The notes under the pieces: generated by a model
The model's database searches: none
Told to the model about the DNA's origin: nothing
The model's input: only the letters and a program-made list of their open reading frames with translations
Shown here: piece by piece, positions 17,670 to 27,816 of the stretch
Layout of the letters: the number at the start of each line of letters is the position of its first letter
How positions within the stretch are numbered: position 1 is the stretch's first letter
Source of the DNA: an uncultured Alphaproteobacteria bacterium
Lineage (GTDB): Bacteria; Pseudomonadota; Alphaproteobacteria; JAJFIK01
DNA length: 64,000 nucleotides
Assembly: GCA_964474635.1 (NCBI GenBank)
Contig: CAYYTT010000003.1
Coordinates: 20,017-84,016 of the forward strand
Reading direction: 5' to 3'
Made by a program: the position numbers and the translations under genes

Positions 17670-18371
17670 TCAAGGGATCATGTCGAAGACGAGCACTTCG
17701 GCGCCTTCCCCCTTGGAGAGATGTACGGACGGTTCGCCCCTCAGGGCCGCGCCGTCGCCGGCGGAAAGGCGCGTTCCGTTCACGTCGATGCTGCCCCGGG
17801 CGACCTGCACCCAGGCAAGGCGTCCTTGCGCGATTTCATGACGGGCATCCTCGGCCCCATCGAACAGGCCGGCGTAAAGGCGCACATCCTGGTGGATGAG
17901 GACGCTGCCGCCCTCACCCGCCGGCGCCCCGATCAGGGCCAGGCGGCCACGCTTATCCGCCTCCGGAATAGGCGTCTGCTCATAGCTCGGCTCCAAACCC
18001 TCCCGCTCCGGAATGATCCAGATCTGCAGAAAGTGCACCGGATCGGATGCGGAATGATTGAATTCCGAATGCCGAATGCCCGTGCCCGCCGACATACGCT
18101 GGATTTCGCCCGGCGTAATCACAGACCCCGTACCGATGGAGTCCCTGTGCTCAAGGGCGCCGTCAAGGACATAAGAAATGATTTCCATGTCCCGGTGTCC
18201 GTGGGTGTCGAAGCCGGCCCCGCCCATCACCCGGTCCTCATTGATCACGCGCAAGGGCCCAAAGCCCATATGCTGCGGATCGTGGTAATGACCAAAGGAG
18301 AAGCTGTGCCGCGACTTCAGCCAGCCGAAATCGGCAAGGCCGCGCTCGTCCGCATACCGAATAGACATCAT
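17670..18371 (-). CDS. pirin family protein (bicupin, quercetinase-like)
   Basis: ATG at 18371. Cupin metal-site His/Glu pattern (HSFSFGHYHD...H...E). Pirin length 233 aa. Confidence 0.85.
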   Translation of the reverse strand: MMSIRYADERGLADFGWLKSRHSFSFGHYHDPQHMGFGPLRVINEDRVMGGAGFDTHGHRDMEIISYVLDGALEHRDSIGTGSVITPGEIQRMSAGTGIRHSEFNHSASDPVHFLQIWIIPEREGLEPSYEQTPIPEADKRGRLALIGAPAGEGGSVLIHQDVRLYAGLFDGAEDARHEIAQGRLAWVQVARGSIDVNGTRLSAGDGAALRGEPSVHLSKGEGAEVLVFDMIP

Positions 18372-18649
18372 AGCCTTAGCCTCCTCTTCCAGGTGCCAAG
18401 CAATTGGCTTGACGCTGATATGGCCATGGCGCCCTGCACCGCCAGGACAGTCCCCGGCGACAGTGTCTTTCCGAACGGGAAACACTCAACACAAATGGAA
18501 AACGCCCACCCCGAACGCAAAACGCCCACGAATGGGGCTGAACCACGGGCGCCCGCGCCAGGGGCCGAGGCGCACGATTGCAAGGCCATCAGCCCGGTGC
18601 GAAGCTTTAAGCGAAGAGCCTTATAACCGGAATGAGGAGGTGGTGCCCG

Positions 18650-19093
18650 ATGGAAGTCGTGAACGAGGTCGTCCCAAGCGATCCAGATCAGCTTGCGGAA
18701 TTGCTGCAACCGGGCCCAGACGGCCCGATTTTCATGGTCAATCTGCTGAAATTCAAAGACAGGGCCGAATATGAAGACGGACGCCCGACCGACCTGTCGG
18801 GGCGGGATGCCTATATGATCTACGGGCGGGCCGTCGTGGACTTGCTGCCGAAATTCGGCGGGCGCGCGATCTTCGCAAGCGACATCACCTTTCTGGCCAT
18901 CGGGCAGGTCGAGGAGTTATGGGACGAAGTGGCCATCGCGTCCTATCCCAATCGCGCAGCGCTTGTCGCCATGTCGACCTCCGACGCATGGCGTGAGATC
19001 GCGGTCCATCGCACCGCCGGTCTCAAGGGACAGCTCAACATCGAGTCCGTGCTGCAGGACGGAGTTGCCCTGCCCGCCGGACTGACCGGGTAA
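18650..19093 (+). CDS. DUF1330 domain protein
   Basis: ATG at 18650 with GAGGAGG upstream. Family recognition is by pattern only. Confidence 0.55.
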   Translation: MEVVNEVVPSDPDQLAELLQPGPDGPIFMVNLLKFKDRAEYEDGRPTDLSGRDAYMIYGRAVVDLLPKFGGRAIFASDITFLAIGQVEELWDEVAIASYPNRAALVAMSTSDAWREIAVHRTAGLKGQLNIESVLQDGVALPAGLTG

Positions 19094-19105
19094 GGAGGAC
19101 AACCC

Positions 19106-20188
19106 ATGGAAAGTCTACGCGAAATTCTGGTGGACCGGAGCGATCTGCGCCGGGTGCACCTGTCCGATGCGCCGGCGCGGCCCCTCCAGGATGGTGAGGT
19201 CCGGGTTGCCATTGAGCGTTTCGCTCTGACGGCAAACAATGTCAGCTACGCAACGGCGGGCGACATGATCGGCTATTGGAACTTCTATCCCGCCAACGCG
19301 CCTTGGGGGAAAGTGCCCGTGTGGGGCTTTGCCGACGTGACCGAAAGCCGGTGCGAGGGCGTTCCCGTGGGCGACCGGATCTATGGCTTTTTCCCCATGG
19401 CCAATCAGACCGTTCTGCAACCCGGCAAGATCCGTCCGGGAAGCTTTACGGATGTGGCCGCACACCGGGAGGCCCTACCGGGTCTTTACAATGTCTATGC
19501 CCGCACCGCCGGCGATCCCGCGCTCCTGAAGGGCATGGACAACGAGCGCTGCCTGTTTTTTCCCCTGTTCATTACATCCTTCGTGCTGGCGGACTATCTG
19601 GCGGACAATGATTTCTTTGGCGCCCGCCAGGTGATCATCGGATCGGCTTCCTCGAAGACAGCCCTCGGCCTTGCCATGCTGCTGTCGGATGATCCGAAGG
19701 TCAGCCAGCGGATCGTGGGCGTCACGTCGCCCGCCAATGTGTCTTTCCTGGAAACCTTGGGCGCCTATGACCAGATCGTGACTTATGGGTCGGAAAGCGC
19801 AATCGATGCCACACTCCCCGCCGCCTTTGTCGACATGGCCGGCAATGGCCAGTTGACCGTCACGCTGCACACCATGCTCGCAGACAACATGGTGGAGAGC
19901 TGTCAGGTGGGTGCAACCCATTGGAATGCGGATCGCCGGCTCGACACTCTTCCAGGGGCAAAGCCGGCCTTCTTCTTCGCGCCATCGCAGATCGCAAAGC
20001 GAGACGGGGACTGGGGGCCAGGTGTCGTAATGGCCAAGGCAACCGAAGCAAGCGCCCGTCTTGCGACCCGCATGCGCGAACACCTGACGATCGAGCACAT
20101 CACGGATCGACAGGCGGCCGCCGACCTGTGGGTAGCGATGCTGGATAACAAAGTCGCTCCGAACCGCGGCCTGGTGGTATCGCTCTGA
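19106..20188 (+). CDS. DUF2855 family protein
   Basis: ATG at 19106 with AAGGAGG upstream, 12 nt after the previous stop (operon). Family call from memory. Confidence 0.5.
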   Translation: MESLREILVDRSDLRRVHLSDAPARPLQDGEVRVAIERFALTANNVSYATAGDMIGYWNFYPANAPWGKVPVWGFADVTESRCEGVPVGDRIYGFFPMANQTVLQPGKIRPGSFTDVAAHREALPGLYNVYARTAGDPALLKGMDNERCLFFPLFITSFVLADYLADNDFFGARQVIIGSASSKTALGLAMLLSDDPKVSQRIVGVTSPANVSFLETLGAYDQIVTYGSESAIDATLPAAFVDMAGNGQLTVTLHTMLADNMVESCQVGATHWNADRRLDTLPGAKPAFFFAPSQIAKRDGDWGPGVVMAKATEASARLATRMREHLTIEHITDRQAAADLWVAMLDNKVAPNRGLVVSL

Positions 20189-20268
20189 GCCGGGGAGGCC
20201 ATTGACCCCATCGCCCGGCTCATGAAGGCCGGGCAATGGGTCTTCTTAGGCATTAAAAAGAGCTTTCC

Positions 20269-21306
20269 TCAGCCGGCGAACAAAGCCTCGCAGCCCGTGC
20301 CCGCCAGCAACGTGTCGACATTGGCGCGCGCGGAAGCCGGCAGGGCCGCATAGCCCTCCCGAAGCCAGCCAAGACATTTTGCCTGATAGGCAAAGACAGG
20401 CTGGGTCCAGGGCCGCCCGTCAATGGTCGCCTCGACTGTTTCGGAGCCGGCCATGACGGCGGAAGCGTTGGCGATCAGGAACGGGGCGTAGACCCGTCCG
20501 ATTTCGTGGAGCAGCGGACCCAGACGCTCCCTGGCCTGTTCCAAACCGTCCCACGGACCCGGCTCAAGCCCGGACAGGTCGTCGATCCGGTCGATCCAGC
20601 CGCGAATACGCGGCGCGATTTCGGCGGCGACCCGTGCCGGGGTCGGATCGACCAGCACGAGCTGGGTCAGTTGACCATAAAGCGCGAAATCCGCCGATGA
20701 CGGGCGCTGCCCGAGCACATAGGGCGAAGACTGGAGCAGCGTGTCCAGAAGTGTCAGCAGCCGTTTGTAGCTTGTCTCGATGGTCTGCGCCGTGGTCTCG
20801 TTAGAGCCGACCACATAGAGGCGGCTGATCTGCCGTTCGGAAATCATTTGAGCAAGGTCGCGGGCCTGATCCGGCGCGAGCCCCGGGTCCTGCCAGAAAA
20901 TCAGCAGCGGCCCGGCATTAGCGATATCGTCCTGGTACGCCCAGCGATAGTGGAACATGGCCTTGGTCAGCCATTCGTCCGCATAATCCTCAATCAAATC
21001 ATTCACGAAGCCAAGGGCCGGATCCTCCGGCACGGCGCTACGGCCCGCATGGTCTGTCTCCAGCCTGCGGATGATGGGCGTTGTGTCGACGGTGGCCTCC
21101 CGGGTGCCGTCTCCCTTGGGGAAATAGACCGTCGGCAGAAGTTTGACCTTGGGCTCGGGATAGGCGGAAGTTCCCCGATTGTAGCTGCCCCAGATGATTC
21201 TGTGTTCAATCCTGCGATAGCGCAGCAGCGCCAGCAGCTTTCGCGTATAAGGAGATCCTGGTGCCCCCATGAGTTCCAGCGGCGCCGCATTCGTGTCCTG
21301 AGCCAT
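20269..21306 (-). CDS. glutathione S-transferase family protein
   Basis: N-terminal thioredoxin-like GST domain (SPYTRKLLALL) plus helical C-domain. ATG at 21306. Confidence 0.7.
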   Translation of the reverse strand: MAQDTNAAPLELMGAPGSPYTRKLLALLRYRRIEHRIIWGSYNRGTSAYPEPKVKLLPTVYFPKGDGTREATVDTTPIIRRLETDHAGRSAVPEDPALGFVNDLIEDYADEWLTKAMFHYRWAYQDDIANAGPLLIFWQDPGLAPDQARDLAQMISERQISRLYVVGSNETTAQTIETSYKRLLTLLDTLLQSSPYVLGQRPSSADFALYGQLTQLVLVDPTPARVAAEIAPRIRGWIDRIDDLSGLEPGPWDGLEQARERLGPLLHEIGRVYAPFLIANASAVMAGSETVEATIDGRPWTQPVFAYQAKCLGWLREGYAALPASARANVDTLLAGTGCEALFAG

Positions 21307-21506
21307 GTCTGCCTTCCCGTCCTGTCATTGTCCGCTTTGACGATGGAAGCTGGAACGCGGAGCGGTCAAGCGCCTGACCGCCGGCCGCAGCGTGCCGCAA
21401 AAATGTGCAGGTACAGCTATTGCGCTCGGGCCCAAATGCGGTTCACCCTCTTGAGCGAACGAGGCAGCGCAACAAGACGCTTGGAACCGCCGGGAGGACC
21501 TTGGGC

Positions 21507-22262
21507 ATGTCGCAGTCACAAAGACCGGACGAGCACCCGGGCGCCTGCCTGGTGATTGGCGCGGGCGATGCCACCGGCGCCGCCGTGGCCCGAGGTTTTG
21601 CGGCCCTTGGCTTGACCGCCTGCGTGGTCCGGCGTCCGCGCAATGTGGACGCCGTGGAGCAGCTTGCCGCCGATATCCGGGCCCATGGTGGCAAGGCGCG
21701 GGCCTTCGGCGTTGACGCGCGGGACGAGGCGGCCATGGCCGGTCTCGTTCAGGACATTGAGAGCTCCGTCGGGCCCATTGAAGTTGCCGTCTTCAACATC
21801 GGCGCCAATGTGAATTTTCCCATCCAGGACACCACCACACGGGTTTATTCCAAGGTCTGGGAAATGGCCTGCCTGTCGGGCTTCCTGATGGGCCGCGAAG
21901 TGGCTGGGCCGATGATGGCGCGGGGCCGGGGCACCATGATTTTCACCGGCGCGACGGCAAGCGTGCGCGGCGGGCCGGGTTACAGCGCCTTCGCCGGCGC
22001 CAAGCATGCCTTGAGGGCTTTGTCCCAAAGCCTGGCGCGCGAACTCGGCCCGAAGGGCATTCACGTGGCCCATGTGGTTGTCGACGGGGCCATCGACAGC
22101 GCCTTTATTCGCGACAATTTTCCTGATGCGGATGAGCGGCGAGCGCGCGATGGCCTTCTGTTGCCGGACCGGATCGCACAGACCTATGTGTGGCTACACG
22201 GCCAGCCCCGCTCCGCCTGGACCCATGAGATGGATCTGCGTCCCTGGTCGGAACGCTGGTAG
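21507..22262 (+). CDS. SDR family oxidoreductase
   Basis: ATG at 21507 with GGGAGGA upstream. Gly-rich NAD(P) site and YxxxK (YSAFAGAK) catalytic motif. Confidence 0.8.
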   Translation: MSQSQRPDEHPGACLVIGAGDATGAAVARGFAALGLTACVVRRPRNVDAVEQLAADIRAHGGKARAFGVDARDEAAMAGLVQDIESSVGPIEVAVFNIGANVNFPIQDTTTRVYSKVWEMACLSGFLMGREVAGPMMARGRGTMIFTGATASVRGGPGYSAFAGAKHALRALSQSLARELGPKGIHVAHVVVDGAIDSAFIRDNFPDADERRARDGLLLPDRIAQTYVWLHGQPRSAWTHEMDLRPWSERW

Positions 22263-22314
22263 ATAGAGACCGTCTTTACACGCCTTATCATCCTCTTCGG
22301 GGAAGGAAACCGCC

Positions 22315-22917
22315 ATGGCCGAGATTGAGTTCCTGTTCGACTTTGCCAGTCCCAACGCCTACATGGCGCACCGAACCCTGCCGGGCATCGCCGAGCGCAC
22401 CGGCGCAACCGTCCGCTATACGCCCTGCCTCCTCGGCGGCATCTTCAAATTGACCAACAATCAGGCGCCCATGATTGCCTTTGCGGACATTCATAACAAA
22501 TTGGTCTACGAACAGCTTGAAATGCGCCGCTTCATTGAACGGCACGGTCTTGCCCATTTCACCATGAACCCGCATTTTCCGGTGATCACGCTGCTGATCA
22601 TGCGCGGCGCCATCGTTGCCGAAGAGGAAGGTCTTCTGCCGGCCTATGTGGAGGCGATGATGCACCACATGTGGGAAGAGCCGAAAAAGATGGACGATCC
22701 AGAGATTGCCAAGGCGGCGCTGAGCCAGTCGGGCTTTGACGCGGAGCGGATCCTCGCCCGCACCCAGGAGCCGGCGATCAAGAAGAAACTCATGGACAAC
22801 ACCCAGCAGGCCGTTGACCGGGGCGCCTTCGGCATCCCGACTTTTTTTGTCGGCACGGAAATCTTCTTCGGCAAGGAACGCATGGGCCAGGTCGAGGAAC
22901 AGGCCGCGCGCACCTGA
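22315..22917 (+). CDS. 2-hydroxychromene-2-carboxylate isomerase / DsbA-like thioredoxin-fold protein
   Basis: ATG at 22315 with GGAAGGA upstream. N-terminal DFASPNAYM motif typical of HCCA isomerases. Confidence 0.75.
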   Translation: MAEIEFLFDFASPNAYMAHRTLPGIAERTGATVRYTPCLLGGIFKLTNNQAPMIAFADIHNKLVYEQLEMRRFIERHGLAHFTMNPHFPVITLLIMRGAIVAEEEGLLPAYVEAMMHHMWEEPKKMDDPEIAKAALSQSGFDAERILARTQEPAIKKKLMDNTQQAVDRGAFGIPTFFVGTEIFFGKERMGQVEEQAART

Positions 22918-23064
22918 CCGGAACCGGGCCCCAAAAACGGCCAGGGCAATGCAGACTCCGCGGCCCCGCCAGCCGCCCTCATGGCCAAGCGGGAGGCGCT
23001 CATGCTATGAGCCTGCGCAAAGTCGGTCTCAAACCGATCCCTATGCGCTAAAGGAGGCGGAGCC

Positions 23065-23766
23065 ATGCAGATCTCCGGACTGGCCGACAAGAAAGTGGTG
23101 ATCACCGGCGCCTTTGGGCGCCTCGGTACGGCTGTCAGCGAGGGCTTTCTGCGCGCCGATGCCCATGTGGGCGTGGTCGATATGGGCTCCGAGCCCCACA
23201 CCCCCTTCTCAAAGCCCGTCGCCATGGCGCCGGGCGTCAATCTCGTCGATCCGGCGGCCGCCCGCGACGGCATCGCGCTCGTTGCGGACCGTCTGGGCGG
23301 CATCGACGTGCTTGTGAACGTGGCTGGCGGGTTCACCTGGATTCCGTTCCAGGACAGCGTTCTGGAAGACTGGACCCGCCTTTTCGCCATGAATGTGCAG
23401 ACGGCTGTGAACGCCACCAAGGCGGCGCTGCCCTTCGTCAAGGCCTCCAAAGCCGGGGTCATCGTCTCCATCGGCGCCAACGCGGCCGTGAAGGCGGGCG
23501 CCGGCATGGGCCCCTATGCAGCCTCCAAGTCCGGCGTGATGCGGTTTACCGAATCACTCGCAGAAGAGGTGAAGGGGGATGGCATCACCGTGAACGCCGT
23601 GCTCCCCTCGATCCTCGACACGCCGGCGAACCGGGCCGACATGCCCGACACGGATCCCTCGATCTGGGTGAAAACGGAGGAAGTGGCCGATCTCATTCTT
23701 TTTCTGTCCTCGGCCCAGGCCCGCTCCATCACCGGCGCCCTGATCCCAATCACAGGACGGGTCTGA
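23065..23766 (+). CDS. SDR family oxidoreductase
   Basis: ATG at 23065 with AAGGAGG upstream. TGAFGRLG cofactor motif and YAASK catalytic motif. Confidence 0.8.
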   Translation: MQISGLADKKVVITGAFGRLGTAVSEGFLRADAHVGVVDMGSEPHTPFSKPVAMAPGVNLVDPAAARDGIALVADRLGGIDVLVNVAGGFTWIPFQDSVLEDWTRLFAMNVQTAVNATKAALPFVKASKAGVIVSIGANAAVKAGAGMGPYAASKSGVMRFTESLAEEVKGDGITVNAVLPSILDTPANRADMPDTDPSIWVKTEEVADLILFLSSAQARSITGALIPITGRV

Positions 23767-23854
23767 CCCCTCCCCCTTGACCCGTGACGCGTCGCCCGCG
23801 ACAAGGCGCGCGCCTTGCCCGTATGCCCATTTGCCGCCAGACGGAGGTGATCCC

Positions 23855-24907
23855 ATGGCCTTGATCCGCGCCTTGAAATCCATCATTGCCCTGATCCTCA
23901 CCCGCACGCCGCCCGCCATTGCCACGGTCTGGTTTGCCGGCCGGCGCCGTCGCTACGACGGGCGTATCATCGAGGCCAAGGCGCAGGCGCTGGGCGAACT
24001 TGGCCTAGCCATGCGGGACCCGAAGGCAGGGCTCGACCCGGCCGTGATGCGCAAGGCCTATACACAGGGGCGCAAGGTCCTCGATCATCCGGGTTCGGAT
24101 CTCGCCCTGGTGCAGGACATGGCGGTGGAGGGCGCGGCCGGGGACATCCCGGTGCGCATCTATGACGCCCAGGATAATGCCCTGATGACCACGGACCGCC
24201 GCCCCACCCTCATGTTCCTCCATGGCGGCGGCTGGGTGATCGGCGATCTCGACACCCACGATGCGGCCTGCCGACGCCTTGCGATGGCCTCGGGCGCACG
24301 GGTTTTGTCGGTGGCCTACCGGCTCGCGCCAGAACACAAATTCCCAGCGGCACCGGACGATGTTCTGGCCGCCTATGACTGGATCGAAAGCCATGGGCCC
24401 ACCTACGGCATGGACCCGGCGCACCTGGCCGTTGGCGGGGACAGTGCCGGCGGGAATCTCACGGCCGTCCTGATGCATGATCTGCGTGCTGCCGGGCGCA
24501 CGCTCCCCAGGGCACAGCTCTTGATTTATCCGGCCGTGGACATCCGCATGGACGGACAGATTTTCGAGGATCTGCCCAATGCCTATGTCCTGCCCCCGGC
24601 CCTGTGCACGTGGTTCCGGGAGACCTATCTGCCGGCGGGCGTGGATCTGGACAATCCCCGGATTTCACCGATCCATTCGCCCTATCTCGGCGGTCAGCCG
24701 CCGGCCTTCGTGATCACGGCGGGCCATGATGTGCTGCGTCCCCAGGGCCACGATTATGCCAGGGCACTCGAAGCGGCGGGCGTTCCTGTGACCTATGAAG
24801 AGGAACGGGGGCAGGTGCACGGCTTCATCAATTTCAACGCGGTGATGCGGTCCAGCAATCAGGCCCTCGACCGCATGGGCCAATGGCTTAAGGCCACGCT
24901 CGCATGA
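23855..24907 (+). CDS. alpha/beta hydrolase, HSL-type esterase/lipase
   Basis: ATG at 23855 with GGAGGTGA upstream. HGGGW oxyanion motif and GDSAGG nucleophile elbow. Confidence 0.8.
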   Translation: MALIRALKSIIALILTRTPPAIATVWFAGRRRRYDGRIIEAKAQALGELGLAMRDPKAGLDPAVMRKAYTQGRKVLDHPGSDLALVQDMAVEGAAGDIPVRIYDAQDNALMTTDRRPTLMFLHGGGWVIGDLDTHDAACRRLAMASGARVLSVAYRLAPEHKFPAAPDDVLAAYDWIESHGPTYGMDPAHLAVGGDSAGGNLTAVLMHDLRAAGRTLPRAQLLIYPAVDIRMDGQIFEDLPNAYVLPPALCTWFRETYLPAGVDLDNPRISPIHSPYLGGQPPAFVITAGHDVLRPQGHDYARALEAAGVPVTYEEERGQVHGFINFNAVMRSSNQALDRMGQWLKATLA

Positions 24908-25167
24908 TCTTTCAGGCAACGCCCGGCAGGGCCAGCCCATCGAGAAGATGATCGAGTGCCACAATCTCCCGGCGGTCGCGCTCGCGCCGCCGGTGGAGGG
25001 GCGCGGCGAGGGCAAACGGAACCACGGATGTGCCGCTGATCCCCGCGAGCCGCCGGGTCAAACGCTCCCCGCGCACCTCCAGGGCACGCCGGCGCTGAAC
25101 CAGAACAAAGCGGCATTGGGCGGACAACACGGCAGCCGTCTCCCCTTTTCTCTAACGTCTCCACCGT

Positions 25168-26592
25168 TCAAGACACACCTGACGGCGAACTGTATCCCGG
25201 TGTGCCGTCGATGGAGACCAATTGCTCCACATGCATCCAGCGCACCGAAGGCGCCAGACGATCAAGGAGCGCGCCGACCACCTGGGCCCCATTGGGCCCA
25301 TCGCTGGCGTAGGAGAAGCGGCAGCGCCAGTGATCCACAGGGTCGGCATAAACCTCACCTTCAGGATACATCTGCGCGAAGCGGTTGGAAATAAGCTCAA
25401 GGTCGAAAGGCTGGTCTTTGATCAGACTGCTGATTAATGTGGCCAGCGCATCGACCGAGCCTGACCATTCGACGAATACATCCACGCCCTCGAACCGCAC
25501 AGCCTTGCGGCGCCGGGGGGCGGTGGCCCCTGGCGCCTCAAGACCCATGGCCCGGTGCAGACCGGGGACGGGAACTTCTTCAAGTTTTTCGAGCACCGCA
25601 TCGGTGAAGGCTTCCGTACCGACCCCGTCGCCATCGCGCGCCACGTCGGCGGTCAGTCGCCGGCCGTCCTCATAAGCCAGATGGAGGGCCTGATCGATCC
25701 GCTCTCCTTCGGCGTGAAAGCCCATATGCCGGAGCATCATGGCCCCCGCGCGCATCATCGCGGTCGGGTTGGCCACATGGCGACCGGCGAGGTCCGGCGC
25801 GGCGCCGTGTACCGGTTCGAAGACACTCACCAGATCGCCCACCTGGGCGCTCGGCGCCAAAATCAAGCCGCCGACGAGGCCGGCGGCAAGGTCTCCCAGA
25901 ATGTCGCCGTGCATGTTGGTGGTCACGATGACGTCGAATTGCTCCGGATTGGTCACGAGTTGGTGAGCGCAGGCGTCAATCTTGATGTGGCTGCGCGCCA
26001 ATCGGGCAAAGGCGTCCCCCACATCGTCAAAGACGTCCTTGAACATGCCTTCGGTCAGGCGCATGACGTCGGACTTGGTGGCGCAATGGATGGTCCTGCG
26101 CCGCTCCCGTGCGGCAAGGCCGTAGGCCAGCCTGATCACTTTTTCTGATCCGCGCCGGCTGATCAGCTTAAGGCTTTGCGCCACGTCGGGCGTCTGCATG
26201 TATTCGATGCCCGCGTAAAGATCTTCCACATTCTCCCGTACAATGAAGAAATCGATGTCGCGGTCGGCAAAGGGCGAGGTCAATCCGGGCAAGGGATGGA
26301 TGGGACGGATATTGCCGTAAAGCTCGAACATCCTCCGCAAGGTGACGTTGATGTTTCTGGAACCCCGGCCCTCGGGCGTCAAAAAGGGCCCCTTGAGCAC
26401 CACGGGTCGCCGCGCGATCGTGTCGACGGTATCCTTGGGCAGGCCCGAGGCCACCCCCCGCTCCAGGGCCGCGCCGCCCCCATCCGCCACCGTCCAGTCC
26501 ACCACGGGACACACGATCTTGAGGACCCGCAAGGCGGCCTTCATGATCTCCGGGCCGATCCCATCGCCTGGCAGAACGATCACTTCGCGCAT
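25168..26592 (-). CDS. isocitrate/isopropylmalate/tartrate dehydrogenase family enzyme with about 140-aa C-terminal extension
   Basis: ATG at 26592 giving N-terminus MREVIVLPGDGIGPEI. VRENVEDLY and NMHGDILGD family motifs. Extra C-terminal region with no match to the core fold. Confidence 0.7.
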   Translation of the reverse strand: MREVIVLPGDGIGPEIMKAALRVLKIVCPVVDWTVADGGGAALERGVASGLPKDTVDTIARRPVVLKGPFLTPEGRGSRNINVTLRRMFELYGNIRPIHPLPGLTSPFADRDIDFFIVRENVEDLYAGIEYMQTPDVAQSLKLISRRGSEKVIRLAYGLAARERRRTIHCATKSDVMRLTEGMFKDVFDDVGDAFARLARSHIKIDACAHQLVTNPEQFDVIVTTNMHGDILGDLAAGLVGGLILAPSAQVGDLVSVFEPVHGAAPDLAGRHVANPTAMMRAGAMMLRHMGFHAEGERIDQALHLAYEDGRRLTADVARDGDGVGTEAFTDAVLEKLEEVPVPGLHRAMGLEAPGATAPRRRKAVRFEGVDVFVEWSGSVDALATLISSLIKDQPFDLELISNRFAQMYPEGEVYADPVDHWRCRFSYASDGPNGAQVVGALLDRLAPSVRWMHVEQLVSIDGTPGYSSPSGVS

Positions 26593-26856
26593 GCGCCGCG
26601 GGGCGTCTTGCGGCGCGGCACTCCAGGTTTCGGGCCGGCCAGCGGTCCGATCAGTGGATCGCGGAGTGGCAGGCATATGAGTCTCCCTAGCCCTTGGGGC
26701 GTATTTCCCCATTTCCTTTTAACTTGATTGCCCCGCGCCCCTAGAAAAGATGATCGACATCGAAGTTATGATAGGATTTTCCTATCGAAGTGCGCGGAAC
26801 CTGGTCGCAGCTGGTGGGTCGGACCGGGTGCGCCTCGCGCAAATCAGATCGAGCCC

Positions 26857-27789
26857 ATGGACCAGCTTCCAATAACACTGCGCCAACTGAGCTATTTCGT
26901 TGCCCTGTCGGACACGGGCCATTTCCGCCGTGCCGCGGAGCGGTGCGGCATCTCCCAGCCCTCTCTCAGCACCCAGATCCAGGCCCTGGAGCAGGCCCTC
27001 GGCGTTGCCCTGGTGGAGCGCAGCCGCTCCGGTGTGGCGCTCACGCCCGTGGGCCGGGACATCGTGGCGCGATCCCGGGCCATCCTGGAAGATGTCCAGG
27101 GTGTCATCGACCATGCTGGCATTGCGCGCCACGGCCTTGTGGGCACGATCCGCCTCGGCGCCAAGCCGACCCTCGGCCCCTATCTTTTGCCCCACGTGGT
27201 GGCCCGGCTCCATCGGCAATATCCGGACCTCAATCTGCACATTCGGGAAGGCGGACCGCGCGATCTTGAAAGCGAGCTGTCCCGGGGCGTCCATGACGTG
27301 ATCCTCGCCCAACTGCCCATCAGCGGATCCGAGCTTGTGGCCCACCGCCTGTTCCGCGAGCCGCTCTATGTGGTCCTGGCGGCCGATCATCCCCTGGCCT
27401 CCCGCGAGACGATTGCCGCCTCGGCGCTTCAGGGGCTGCGGGTCCTCTCGCTTGAACCGCAGTATCAGCTCCACGAACAGGTCGACGACCTGTGCCGCGA
27501 GTTCGGCGCCATTCTGGAACGCGGCTATGAGGGCAATACCCTCGATGCCTTGCGGCAAATGGTGGGTATGGGAATGGGTATCAGCTTCATGCCGGCCCTT
27601 TATGTGCGTTCTGAAATCGGTTCGCGCAGCGAGGTGGTGGTGCGCCCGCTTGAGGGGCGGACGATCAGCCGCTCCGTGGGCATCGTCTGGCGCAAGAGCG
27701 CCGGCCGCGCCGAAGCCTATGAGCGCATCGCGGATGTGATGCGCGACGTGGTGCGACGCAAATTCAAGAACCTGACCCTGGAGTGGTAA
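26857..27789 (+). CDS. LysR family transcriptional regulator
   Basis: ATG at 26857. N-terminal HTH (LRQLSYFVALSDTGHFRRAAERCGISQPSLS) and LysR substrate-binding domain. Divergent from the IDH-family gene. Confidence 0.85.
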   Translation: MDQLPITLRQLSYFVALSDTGHFRRAAERCGISQPSLSTQIQALEQALGVALVERSRSGVALTPVGRDIVARSRAILEDVQGVIDHAGIARHGLVGTIRLGAKPTLGPYLLPHVVARLHRQYPDLNLHIREGGPRDLESELSRGVHDVILAQLPISGSELVAHRLFREPLYVVLAADHPLASRETIAASALQGLRVLSLEPQYQLHEQVDDLCREFGAILERGYEGNTLDALRQMVGMGMGISFMPALYVRSEIGSRSEVVVRPLEGRTISRSVGIVWRKSAGRAEAYERIADVMRDVVRRKFKNLTLEW

Positions 27790-27816
27790 GACGGCCGCGC
27801 CGCTTTGTAGGCAGCC

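Noticed and set aside
24912-25130. 72-aa minus-strand ORF between the esterase and IDH genes, as possible gene remnant
   Set aside because: Arg-rich and overlaps the esterase 3' end. No start context or motif.
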